This document shows positions 31,788 to 39,085 of a stretch of DNA of 64,000 nt, in pieces (the stretch's first letter is position 1; every line of letters starts with the position of its first letter). Both the position numbers and the translations under genes were made by a program. Source of the DNA: a virus (Duplodnaviria > Caudoviricetes); IMG/VR virus record IMGVR_UViG_3300032214_000855, positions 7,354 through 71,353 of that record; one strand, 5' to 3'. A model generated the notes under the pieces. The model was not told the origin of the DNA, made no database searches, and worked only from the letters and a program-made list of their open reading frames with translations.

Positions 31788-31821
31788 AAAAAATTTTTTA
31801 CGAAATTTTTTTATGGTAAAA

Positions 31822-31965
31822 TTATTTTACCAGTGCATTATATATCAGACTAATCAAAATACCAAGAGATGTTAATGCAATTCTACTCATTTGCTTTGGA
31901 TATCTGATTATCCATCCTGCAAGTATCACTCTCCAAAAATTCCAATATGGCGCTGATTTTTTCAT
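31822..31965 (-). CDS. small membrane-associated hypothetical protein (47 aa)
   Basis: Restarted at MKKSAPYWNFW (ATGA overlap with upstream gene); hydrophobic C-terminus. Confidence 0.55.
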   Translation of the reverse strand: MKKSAPYWNFWRVILAGWIIRYPKQMSRIALTSLGILISLIYNALVK

Positions 31966-32099
31966 CTCTTCTTTCTTTTTGAGGATGCTCTTTTTTGAGC
32001 AGGAGTTCTGAAGATACCAGTTGCGCAATTTTTCTTTTTCTTGTGCTTGCCTCCGAAGATTCCCCATCCGTGGCAATTTGCTTTTCTTTTTGGAGACAT
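31962..32099 (-). CDS. small basic peptide (45 aa)
   Basis: Manual translation MSPKRKANCHGWGIFGGKHKKKKNCATGIFRTPAQKRASSKRKKR. Confidence 0.5.
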   Translation of the reverse strand: MSPKRKANCHGWGIFGGKHKKKKNCATGIFRTPAQKRASSKRKKR

Positions 32100-32176
32100 T
32101 TTTTTATGGAAAATTTTTTTTTTTATGAGAGTGATAGATAGCTCGAAAAAGACATACAGTGTAGGTTAGGGTAGTG

Positions 32177-32570
32177 GGGCGTTTTTATATACGGGGCAAC
32201 GCCCGATATAAACAATAACAAATAACATAAAATAACTGGTATAACGAATAAACAACTGATAACGAATAACTAATACTTATTCGTGTTGTTTATACTAACT
32301 GCCCCCAAATTACTGTGTTATTAGAATAAAACAACGCAGTTCTTATTACTTAAGCACGACAAAAACACTACTTATTTAATAAGAACTGCCTATTCTTTAT
32401 ACGAACTGCCGCCAATTAACGACGAATAGTAATAAGTATAAAGAATTAAGTTGTCCAGAAAGATAAAAACAATCAGACAAAGTAATAATAATAAACGAAA
32501 CATCTATCAGACGATGTTTCTTACCCCACGAAAGTATAATACAACGAAGGAATCTTACATTGTATTCTTA
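32177..32570. other. non-coding structured element with several long inverted repeats
   Basis: 13-bp perfect IR 32336-48/32377-89, 11-bp perfect IR 32392-402/32436-46, 7-bp IR 32538-44/32560-66; no convincing ORF. Confidence 0.55.
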
Positions 32571-32571
32571 A

Positions 32572-32739
32572 TCACCAGGGCGTGTTGAGATCTTCTACAT
32601 AACTCTTCACTGATTCTTTACTGTCTAACCCGAACAGTTTCTTCCAGTTAATCTGATGAGGATCAAAATCCTCATTCACGTTTAATTCAAGAGTGATACG
32701 ATACTTATTCTTTTGTGCCTTGAGAGAAGAAATTGCCAT
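32572..32739 (-). CDS. small hypothetical protein (55 aa)
   Basis: Manual translation MAISSLKAQKNKYRITLELNVNEDFDPHQINWKKLFGL..; own promoter. Confidence 0.7.
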   Translation of the reverse strand: MAISSLKAQKNKYRITLELNVNEDFDPHQINWKKLFGLDSKESVKSYVEDLNTPW

Positions 32740-32779
32740 AAGATAAAGAACCGAAAGAACGAATAAACTCTACTGGTTA

Positions 32780-32808
32780 ATTCTATCAGACCTTGCAGTA
32801 CCCGTCAA
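32780..32808 (-). promoter_or_regulatory. sigma70-type promoter TTGACG-N17-TAGAAT
   Basis: cgtcaa 32803-08 and attcta 32780-85, 17-bp spacer, 40 bp upstream of the 55-aa ORF. Confidence 0.7.
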
Positions 32809-32888
32809 GTATTGCCCCCACAACGAACTTGAATTATAAACGAATCTTTTTTCTTATGATTGCTTTGATATTCTGATAAGATCGAATC

Positions 32889-33131
32889 TCTATACGAATC
32901 TTATCTAATCACGAATGACTTTGTGTTTATAATCTCACAGTGGTGTCGCAGTATTATCTTTCTATACGAATCTTATCTAATCACGAATGAACTTTTGTGT
33001 TCTTTATTATCAGTGCTTCTTAAGAATAAGTTTCTATACGAATCTTATCTAATCACGAATGACTTTTTAATTCATTCTTCTCATCAGTGCTTGTATCTTT
33101 ATTGCTGATACGCATCTTACCTAATCACGAA
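32889..33131. repeat. repeat-spacer array: 30-bp repeat at 72-bp period (3 identical + 1 degenerate)
   Basis: TCTATACGAATCTTATCTAATCACGAATGA at 32889, 32961, 33033; degenerate copy near 33105; 42-bp non-identical spacers. Confidence 0.9.
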
Positions 33132-33415
33132 ACAATTATAAGTTGATACTATAAAACCTTCCTGGCATCTTTAGAAGTTCGCATAGAAATCTAAAGCAGG
33201 AATTCTGTGTTTTTATTGGGTTTCGGTGAGTATTCAGTTTTGATAATCTCTCTCATGATTCATTCGGCACATCGAGAAACCTATAGTTAAACTCTGTTCG
33301 CCTGATAATATGAGTGTTCAAAAGTGGGTTTTTATTAACTCTTCGCTTCTGTAGAATTTGACTTTTGACCCCGTAGGAAAGTTCAAATTCGCAATATGAA
33401 TCGAATTGTTATGTT

Positions 33416-33423
33416 TATTTATA
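33416..33423 (-). promoter_or_regulatory. perfect late promoter TATAAATA with no downstream ORF
   Basis: tatttata on + strand; points toward the 72-bp array. Confidence 0.55.
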
Positions 33424-33584
33424 CAAGTTCTTGCTGTTTTTTGTGATTCTATCCTGTGCTGATTTAATAGCAAAAAACAGGCACTTCAGTACTCTGACCC
33501 CTAAGTGAGTTTATAAGTGCCTTGGAGGGGCATACAGAAGTGTCTGGTGGCGTTTTATTCTAATGTCTGGGAGTGCTTATACCT

Positions 33585-33643
33585 TGTGCCGGTTTTTGAA
33601 GTGTCCTGGGGGTATTGACAAAACAGTGCTGATGTGTTATAAT
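33585..33643 (+). promoter_or_regulatory. consensus sigma70 promoter TTGACA-N17-TATAAT with upstream palindrome box
   Basis: TTGACA 33615-20, TGT-TATAAT 33638-43, TGTGCCGG-TTTTTGAA-GTGTCCTG at 33585-33608. Confidence 0.85.
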
Positions 33644-33657
33644 ACGCGGGCCAAGAT

Positions 33658-33760
33658 CACAAGGTCTAGAGGCATTTATAAGGTATTAAAAACACAAGAC
33701 TTGAGCACATTTAATTGACTATAAAACACAAGGTCTAGATGCATTTATAAGGATTTAATG
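33658..33760 (+). repeat. three imperfect 34-35 bp tandem repeats (CACAAG..CATTTA..)
   Basis: Units start at 33658, 33693, 33727; units 1 and 3 share CACAAGGTCTAGA.GCATTTATAAGG. Confidence 0.8.
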
Positions 33761-33838
33761 AGTGATAAAAATCAAACAAATATAAGCAAATACAAACAAT
33801 TCATTATGATTTTTTAATACATTTTTTAATGCATCATT

Positions 33839-33973
33839 TTATACAAACTCCATCATATAATAATCAACAGTAATCTCCAACTCTGCTGCTTTCCTTTCAA
33901 TCTCCATTGCATATTCATCAGCATACATTTCATCTTCGTGCTGACAGAAAAGATCAAGTGTAGAATCGTTCAT
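33839..33973 (-). CDS. small acidic protein (44 aa)
   Basis: Manual translation MNDSTLDLFCQHEDEMYADEYAMEIERKAAELEITVDYYMMEFV. Confidence 0.65.
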   Translation of the reverse strand: MNDSTLDLFCQHEDEMYADEYAMEIERKAAELEITVDYYMMEFV

Positions 33974-33978
33974 AAAAG

Positions 33979-34173
33979 TCATTTGTTCAGATTGATGAGT
34001 TCTTTTTGAATAGTCAGTACATCATAGATATCATCTACATCAGCAAGATCAACTGGTGCAAATTCAGAAAGATTTACAGTATTATCTTTATAAATGGGAG
34101 CATAATACAATTCATTCTCATCAGGATCAAGAGCATAAACACAACCGTGATCTTGTTTTTGAAGAATAATCAT
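33979..34173 (-). CDS. hypothetical protein
   Basis: 64 aa ORF in early-gene run. Confidence 0.65.
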   Translation of the reverse strand: MIILQKQDHGCVYALDPDENELYYAPIYKDNTVNLSEFAPVDLADVDDIYDVLTIQKELINLNK

Positions 34174-34379
34174 TTCAGTGAGTTTAGGATAATCAGGAGT
34201 TCTTTACCGTTAATTGCTTTTGACAGCAAATTGATTTTAGTTTTACGTTTCATTCTCTTCAATCTCATTCAGAAGTTCAGTATATGCTTTAATAGATGCT
34301 TCAGTACAATCATTATCTTTGAGATCTTGAATATAATACTCAAGTGCTTCAATTAACATTTGAGTGCGATTGGGTTTCA

Positions 34380-34583
34380 TCATTTTAATGTAAGAGAATC
34401 AAAAGTGATAAAAGTAAGTTCAGTTAAAACATCATCATCAACTGGACCAAGTTTATCATGAATTGCATCTGAAATCAATTCATACATTGTCGAAACATAA
34501 CGATCATTATATCGAATATAATCAAGCACTTCTGATTTAAGTGCATCAGACAAGTTGTGAAGTGTTTGAGTTGAAAGTGTCAT
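34380..34583 (-). CDS. hypothetical protein
   Basis: 67 aa ORF, ATGA overlaps. Confidence 0.65.
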   Translation of the reverse strand: MTLSTQTLHNLSDALKSEVLDYIRYNDRYVSTMYELISDAIHDKLGPVDDDVLTELTFITFDSLTLK

Positions 34584-34774
34584 TGGTAAAAATTAGGCAC
34601 CCAGAGAAGTTCTACTGATTCATTATGTTGTTGAAATACCTCTTGCCATTCCATAAAAATAGCACTTGCATTTGACCTATTCTTTTTCTTCTTGCTCTTC
34701 GTCAATTTAATCATTCGCTTTTCCATCTGCAGAAGAGTGTTTTCTGCTTGAAGATTCAGTTGTTCTTTGTTCAA
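34580..34774 (-). CDS. hypothetical protein
   Basis: 64 aa ORF, TTG start uncertain. Confidence 0.5.
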   Translation of the reverse strand: MNKEQLNLQAENTLLQMEKRMIKLTKSKKKKNRSNASAIFMEWQEVFQQHNESVELLWVPNFYQ

Positions 34775-34817
34775 TGATTGTAAGGCGTTTGGTATCTTAA
34801 AGAAGCGAAGTCATAAT

Positions 34818-34979
34818 TTAGCGATTGATAAGAGTTTTAACTTCATCAAAAGACTTACATTGTCCTGCTTTGATTGCATTGATGATGCTAGTTGTAATCA
34901 TACCACACTGATGATTTGCATTACAAATCGCATAGACAGGAGTGCGATCTTGAATGTCGAAAGTGGTTTTGATCAGCAT
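34818..34979 (-). CDS. hypothetical protein (53 aa)
   Basis: Manual translation MLIKTTFDIQDRTPVYAICNANHQCGMITTSIINAIKAG.. Confidence 0.5.
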   Translation of the reverse strand: MLIKTTFDIQDRTPVYAICNANHQCGMITTSIINAIKAGQCKSFDEVKTLINR

Positions 34980-35019
34980 TGTTTGTTTTTATGTGGGACA
35001 GATGAAAGAGAAGAAAGAC

Positions 35020-35259
35020 CTATTGATAGAAGCGATTATGAATTTCATCGCGCAGACTTTTCAGTTTGCGAACATCAGAAATATATGCTACATCAGGATG
35101 ATAATGATCTTCGAAACTTGCATAACCAAGAACATCAACAATGTCCTGAACAGTCAAATCACCGTGCTCTTGCAACTCACATTCATCAAACTGATTAAAG
35201 TAGCGAGTCAGAAAGAACAGAGCATCAGAGTAGATAGTTTCAGTGAGAGTTTGAGTCAT
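35020..35259 (-). CDS. hypothetical protein
   Basis: Restarted at MTQTLTETIYSD. Confidence 0.6.
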   Translation of the reverse strand: MTQTLTETIYSDALFFLTRYFNQFDECELQEHGDLTVQDIVDVLGYASFEDHYHPDVAYISDVRKLKSLRDEIHNRFYQ

Positions 35260-35302
35260 TGTTGTTAAGAAAGAAAAAGGAAGGAAGGAAAGAAAGAAAG
35301 AA

Positions 35303-35476
35303 CTACACAAGAGAAAGTGCATCTTTTTTTTGCTTGGGATTGGAAACTTGCTTTACCCAAGCAGACTTGCGATTCTTAACAACTTGAGAGGGAAGTTTAG
35401 TCTTACCCTGAACCTCATTGATCAGAGAAATGAATTGAAGAAAGAATTGCTTTTCCATTCGTTGAGCAGCAGTCAT
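35303..35476 (-). CDS. hypothetical protein (57 aa)
   Basis: Manual translation MTAAQRMEKQFFLQFISLINEVQGKTKLPSQ..; first ORF after promoter at 35539. Confidence 0.6.
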   Translation of the reverse strand: MTAAQRMEKQFFLQFISLINEVQGKTKLPSQVVKNRKSAWVKQVSNPKQKKDALSLV

Positions 35477-35538
35477 CTTAATTCAAATAAACAATGGGTC
35501 TTGGGTGGGACAGGCACCCCTGCTCCCTCCACCCTCTT

Positions 35539-35596
35539 AATATAGCACCTTTTGGGCGCTGTGCTCTTTTAGTGTGCCACCAGTACAAGTGGCACA
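35539..35596 (-). promoter_or_regulatory. palindrome-box promoter
   Basis: TGC-TATATT -10 plus TGTGCCAC-N8-GTGGCACA at 35573-96. Confidence 0.8.
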
Positions 35597-35620
35597 AGGG
35601 GTCTGCGACTCACCTTGAGA

Positions 35621-35851
35621 CTATGATTCTTTATCCCAATGATGCTTCCAATCATAATCCTCATAATATCCACTCTTTACAATGTCATCATAAACAGTGG
35701 GAAGATTATGAATCTTTGCCTTATCCCTATTCCGAAGTTCTACCTCATTATCGTGGAGTAAAGTTTCAAGTTGCTTGATTTCATTAAATGTCTTTGGTCG
35801 GCGGTATGGGTAATAATCAGAATAATTACCTTTGCGTTGTGTTTTAGACAT
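35621..35851 (-). CDS. hypothetical protein
   Basis: 76 aa ORF. Confidence 0.6.
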   Translation of the reverse strand: MSKTQRKGNYSDYYPYRRPKTFNEIKQLETLLHDNEVELRNRDKAKIHNLPTVYDDIVKSGYYEDYDWKHHWDKES

Positions 35852-35876
35852 TGGTTTTTCCTTTTGTTAATTTAGG

Positions 35877-36131
35877 TCAGAGTTGAGATAGTACCCACAT
35901 CATTGAAGATACTTCCTGTTTAGTATTCCAAGGACAAACATCATCAGTCATATTTCCATTCGGTCGGAAGATTGCAACTTCATAAGTTTCATCTTCAACA
36001 TTTCCATATAATCCACAACCACCAGGACCAGCAACTACACTAATCTCCCAACCATTCTCAAACTTATGTCTTGCTTGAATAGCATTTACAATTCTGCTCG
36101 GATGCGGGACAAATGTAAGAAGGTCAAACAT
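35877..36131 (-). CDS. hypothetical protein
   Basis: Restarted at MFDLLTF; FENGWEISVV..GLYG..YEVAI. Confidence 0.65.
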   Translation of the reverse strand: MFDLLTFVPHPSRIVNAIQARHKFENGWEISVVAGPGGCGLYGNVEDETYEVAIFRPNGNMTDDVCPWNTKQEVSSMMWVLSQL

Positions 36132-36330
36132 TGTGAGTGATTTGATAAGAACTGAAAAGTGTAATCGCGTCAAGAATCTTTAGATGTTCTTGCGTTGGTT
36201 CATAATCCTCATCATCATCAAATGGAGAAAAAATAGTCTCCATTTGATTGCAAATAAGTTGATGAAGAATCTTATAATTCTCCTTACTCAATGTAATTTG
36301 CATTAAATCTTCAGTCATCATCAATTTCAA
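36124..36330 (-). CDS. hypothetical protein
   Basis: 68 aa ORF; start uncertain. Confidence 0.55.
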   Translation of the reverse strand: MKLMMTEDLMQITLSKENYKILHQLICNQMETIFSPFDDDEDYEPTQEHLKILDAITLFSSYQITHNV

Positions 36331-36656
36331 ACAGTCTGATGCGACAATGCAAACTTCACAATCTCTGTGCGATTGTTCTTATATTGCAAAATCAAATCAA
36401 TGATTGCATCAATATCATCAGGTGTTGGTTCATCTTCACATTCTGCTTTTGCAATTTGCGTGAAGATAGATGCAATCTCAAAGTCTGATTCAAACAGCAG
36501 ATTTCGGTGATTATCAATCTCCATATAATCTTCCACTGCATCAGCAGACAGTTGCAATGGAATATCAGGTCCAATCATACCCAAAGTTGCAAGACGTTCG
36601 AGGGCACCAACAACCCACATTACTTTGCATTCATCAATCGAAAGTTGTGCGTTCAT
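36327..36656 (-). CDS. acidic hypothetical protein
   Basis: Restarted at MNAQLSIDE. Confidence 0.65.
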   Translation of the reverse strand: MNAQLSIDECKVMWVVGALERLATLGMIGPDIPLQLSADAVEDYMEIDNHRNLLFESDFEIASIFTQIAKAECEDEPTPDDIDAIIDLILQYKNNRTEIVKFALSHQTV

Positions 36657-36693
36657 TGTATTAAGAATAAAGGAAAAGAAAGGGGTGATTAAC

Positions 36694-37368
36694 TCACACC
36701 CCACAGAGTTGTTTGGTCACAGAACCAGATGCTTGACGGTTCAAAGAAACACCAGCACCTACGTTTGCACCAGAATAAGCACCAGCACCGTTTGCACCAT
36801 TCATCTTCTTAGCGCGTCCAAATCGCATTGTGGAGAGTTTATTACTCACTGCCTCGGCATCATCATGAACTCGGTTCTCTGCGAGTTTCATTTCCTTCAG
36901 ACGTTCTGCAACTTTATCTGCAAATGCCTTGCGGAAATTAAGTTTGAAAGAACGGGAAACAGAATCACCGCGCAGAGAGCAAAGGATTTTCTCTGCTTTA
37001 TGTGCAACTTCTGCCTCTTTCTCCATCACCTGAACAAGGTAATCATAATAGAGTCGCACTTGGATTTGTTGTGCTTCACTACCAATGATTTGAAGAGACT
37101 TTGTATCTCCATTCTTCAGATATGCTTTTGCATCATAGAACGTTGCAATCGCATTGGCAAGAGTAGAAAGAGCAACATTGATTCTCTTGAAAGAAACAAA
37201 CTCTTCATCAAGAACTTGAGTTTCAGTTGCTTCAGAGATGGTTACACCATATTGCTTGCACAGTTTATCAATCATTCGGGCAGCAGCAGATGCTTCACCC
37301 TCAAAGTCAGTACCATTCTGCAGTTTCAGAATAGATTGAATCTTTGCGATAACTTGCGAACGATCCAT
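36694..37368 (-). CDS. DUF2786-domain protein
   Basis: N-terminal MDRSQVIAKIQSILKL..FEGEASAAARMIDKLCKQYGV; C-terminal SFKLNFRKAFADKVAERL. Confidence 0.7.
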   Translation of the reverse strand: MDRSQVIAKIQSILKLQNGTDFEGEASAAARMIDKLCKQYGVTISEATETQVLDEEFVSFKRINVALSTLANAIATFYDAKAYLKNGDTKSLQIIGSEAQQIQVRLYYDYLVQVMEKEAEVAHKAEKILCSLRGDSVSRSFKLNFRKAFADKVAERLKEMKLAENRVHDDAEAVSNKLSTMRFGRAKKMNGANGAGAYSGANVGAGVSLNRQASGSVTKQLCGV

Positions 37369-37420
37369 AACAAGAAGTAAAGAATTGGACTCGGGTGGGA
37401 CTGACCCCTTCCACCCTCTT

Positions 37421-37478
37421 AATCTACCAGAAAAAAGTTCCAGTGCCCGTTTAGTGTGCCACCCCTACAAGTGGCACA
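37421..37478 (-). promoter_or_regulatory. palindrome-box promoter
   Basis: TAGATT -10 plus TGTGCCAC-N8-GTGGCACA at 37455-78. Confidence 0.8.
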
Positions 37479-37481
37479 TCA

Positions 37482-37802
37482 TCAATAAGAATAAGCAGAA
37501 CTTACATAATCATCATATGCTGCCTCTGCGTATCCTTCATTGATTCCATCAAGAATTTCATCGTTAGAAGGGAGTTCTTTATCGACTTGATTCCAATAAT
37601 AAAGAATAGTCTCCAATGCAATTTTACTATCAAGTTCCCACTCATAATCATAAGTAGGATAAAGTGGATCTACTGGATTATTTGAATGCTCTGCTTTGAC
37701 AATTTTTGCCTCATCCAAAACATCAAGATAATCAAGAAAATCTTGAGAAAGATTATTCCATTCTTCTTGAGTTTCAGGGTAGTTGATGATTTGACGATTC
37801 AT
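37482..37802 (-). CDS. acidic hypothetical protein
   Basis: 106 aa, D/E-rich. Confidence 0.65.
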   Translation of the reverse strand: MNRQIINYPETQEEWNNLSQDFLDYLDVLDEAKIVKAEHSNNPVDPLYPTYDYEWELDSKIALETILYYWNQVDKELPSNDEILDGINEGYAEAAYDDYVSSAYSY

Positions 37803-37827
37803 AATTTGCAGTGTCTCGCTTGCTCTT

Positions 37828-38037
37828 TCAGTTTTCAGGTGAAGTTGTGTAATCTATTTTATAGATGCACCAACCAATTTCATCGCTAATCATATCTACA
37901 ATTTCCTCTTCATCATCAACAATCCACTCACTATCAAGAACAGATTGAATCAGTCCTTTTTGATAATTCATATCAGGGGGACAATCACAAACATCATCAG
38001 TGAAATCAATTTCGATTGAATTAACTTTGACTTTCAT
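37828..38037 (-). CDS. acidic hypothetical protein
   Basis: 69 aa, D/E-rich. Confidence 0.65.
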   Translation of the reverse strand: MKVKVNSIEIDFTDDVCDCPPDMNYQKGLIQSVLDSEWIVDDEEEIVDMISDEIGWCIYKIDYTTSPEN

Positions 38038-38064
38038 TTGAGTTTAGTTAGTGAGTGAGTGAAA

Positions 38065-38259
38065 TTACGCAGAAATTGTAGAAAGTGGTTTGAAATCATA
38101 ACCATAATTTCCTTCGATTGCTTCATAAACAATCACATCCTCACCAGAGAGTTCTACACTCCAATTAAGTGCAGATTCTGTTGCTTCAAAAACATCATCA
38201 AACCATTCTGCATCTTCAAGAATGAATGTAACAGGACAAGCAATGAACATTGAAGTCAA
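38065..38259 (-). CDS. acidic hypothetical protein
   Basis: 64 aa ORF directly downstream of tRNA-Met. Confidence 0.6.
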   Translation of the reverse strand: MTSMFIACPVTFILEDAEWFDDVFEATESALNWSVELSGEDVIVYEAIEGNYGYDFKPLSTISA

Positions 38260-38275
38260 GAATAAAGGAATAGAG

Positions 38276-38347
38276 TAGCAATGGGTGGAATCGAACCACC
38301 GACATAGAGGGTATGAATCTCTTGTTCTACCACTGAACTACATTGCC
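38276..38347 (-). tRNA. trnM-CAT: tRNA-Met (CAT), elongator-like
   Basis: GGCAATGTAGTTCAGTGGTAGAAC..TT-CAT-AC..GGTGGTTCGATTCCACC-CATTGCTA cloverleaf; no encoded CCA. Confidence 0.85.
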
Positions 38348-38386
38348 CCACAGAGGGGAGAAATAATCTCCCCCCAAAATTAAAAC

Positions 38387-38587
38387 TCAGACTGCAGCAA
38401 GGTATGCTTCAATCTCATCATCATTCTCGGGACAGTCAGCAATACCCAGTTGGTCGCAAACATACTCACGAGTCATCTCAACAACATCTTGAGGAACAAT
38501 CACATCAAGAATGTCCAGAATCTGATTACCAGTAGCACCCTTGCGGAGCATACCGAGCATCACATCTTTAGAGAAATCAACAGTCAT
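38387..38587 (-). CDS. hypothetical protein
   Basis: Restarted at MTVDFSKDVMLGMLRKG; the longer call overlaps a promoter. Confidence 0.65.
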   Translation of the reverse strand: MTVDFSKDVMLGMLRKGATGNQILDILDVIVPQDVVEMTREYVCDQLGIADCPENDDEIEAYLAAV

Positions 38588-38650
38588 TTTAGTTTGATTT
38601 AGTTTGACGTTTGTGGAGTGGGTTGGTTGCCCTTCCCTCACCACCCCCAT

Positions 38651-38708
38651 ACAATACCACGGAACCGACCCAGCAGGGGGTTTAGTGGTCAGTCCCCCAA
38701 CTGGCACA
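38651..38708 (-). promoter_or_regulatory. palindrome-box promoter
   Basis: TATTGT -10 plus GTGGTCAG-N8-CTGGCACA at 38685-38708. Confidence 0.65.
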
Positions 38709-38711
38709 GTG

Positions 38712-38843
38712 CTAGGGTTTGGGCAGAAGGCACCAGGGGCACCTAGACTCATTTGAGTCCCAAACGAGAACCCTTGCGGCGCAAGGGGTTTGGGAAGCAT
38801 CAAAAACCCAAAAACCTGCAATTTGGCGTCACAGGTGCCCTAG
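38712..38843. other. GC-rich intergenic multi-stem element
   Basis: IRs GGGCACCT/AGGTGCCC, GACTCA/TGAGTC, CCCAAAC..CCCTTGCG-G-CGCAAGGG..GTTTGGG. Confidence 0.5.
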
Positions 38844-38890
38844 GTCATCCGCCGCAGTCTCATCGACGGTCCATCTGAAACTGTTGAGAA

Positions 38891-39085
38891 TCAGTCCTCA
38901 ATGCCCAGAAGTTCAGGATAATAATCTGTAACTTCAGCAATCAATTCTTCATCAGTGTAAGCAGAAAGATTCTCTTCCAGTTGGTCTCCAACAATTCGCA
39001 TCAAATCCTTGGTGCTCATATTATCAAGAACACGGTCAATGTATTCTTGAACAAGTTGGTCGCGGTTAATTTCAGACATAATCAT
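38891..39085 (-). CDS. acidic hypothetical protein
   Basis: 64 aa. Confidence 0.65.
   Translation of the reverse strand: MIMSEINRDQLVQEYIDRVLDNMSTKDLMRIVGDQLEENLSAYTDEELIAEVTDYYPELLGIED

Noticed and set aside
32923-33108. 61-aa ORF with repeated FLYESYLITN, listed as minus strand in the track
   Set aside because: The translation actually matches the + strand (GTG at 32923). It stays open because the 72-bp period is a multiple of 3; no RBS or promoter seen. Treated as a shadow of the DNA repeat.
32889-33131. Bona fide CRISPR array
   Set aside because: Only 3-4 repeats, related spacers, non-palindromic repeat and no cas genes in the window; reported as a repeat and a hypothesis only
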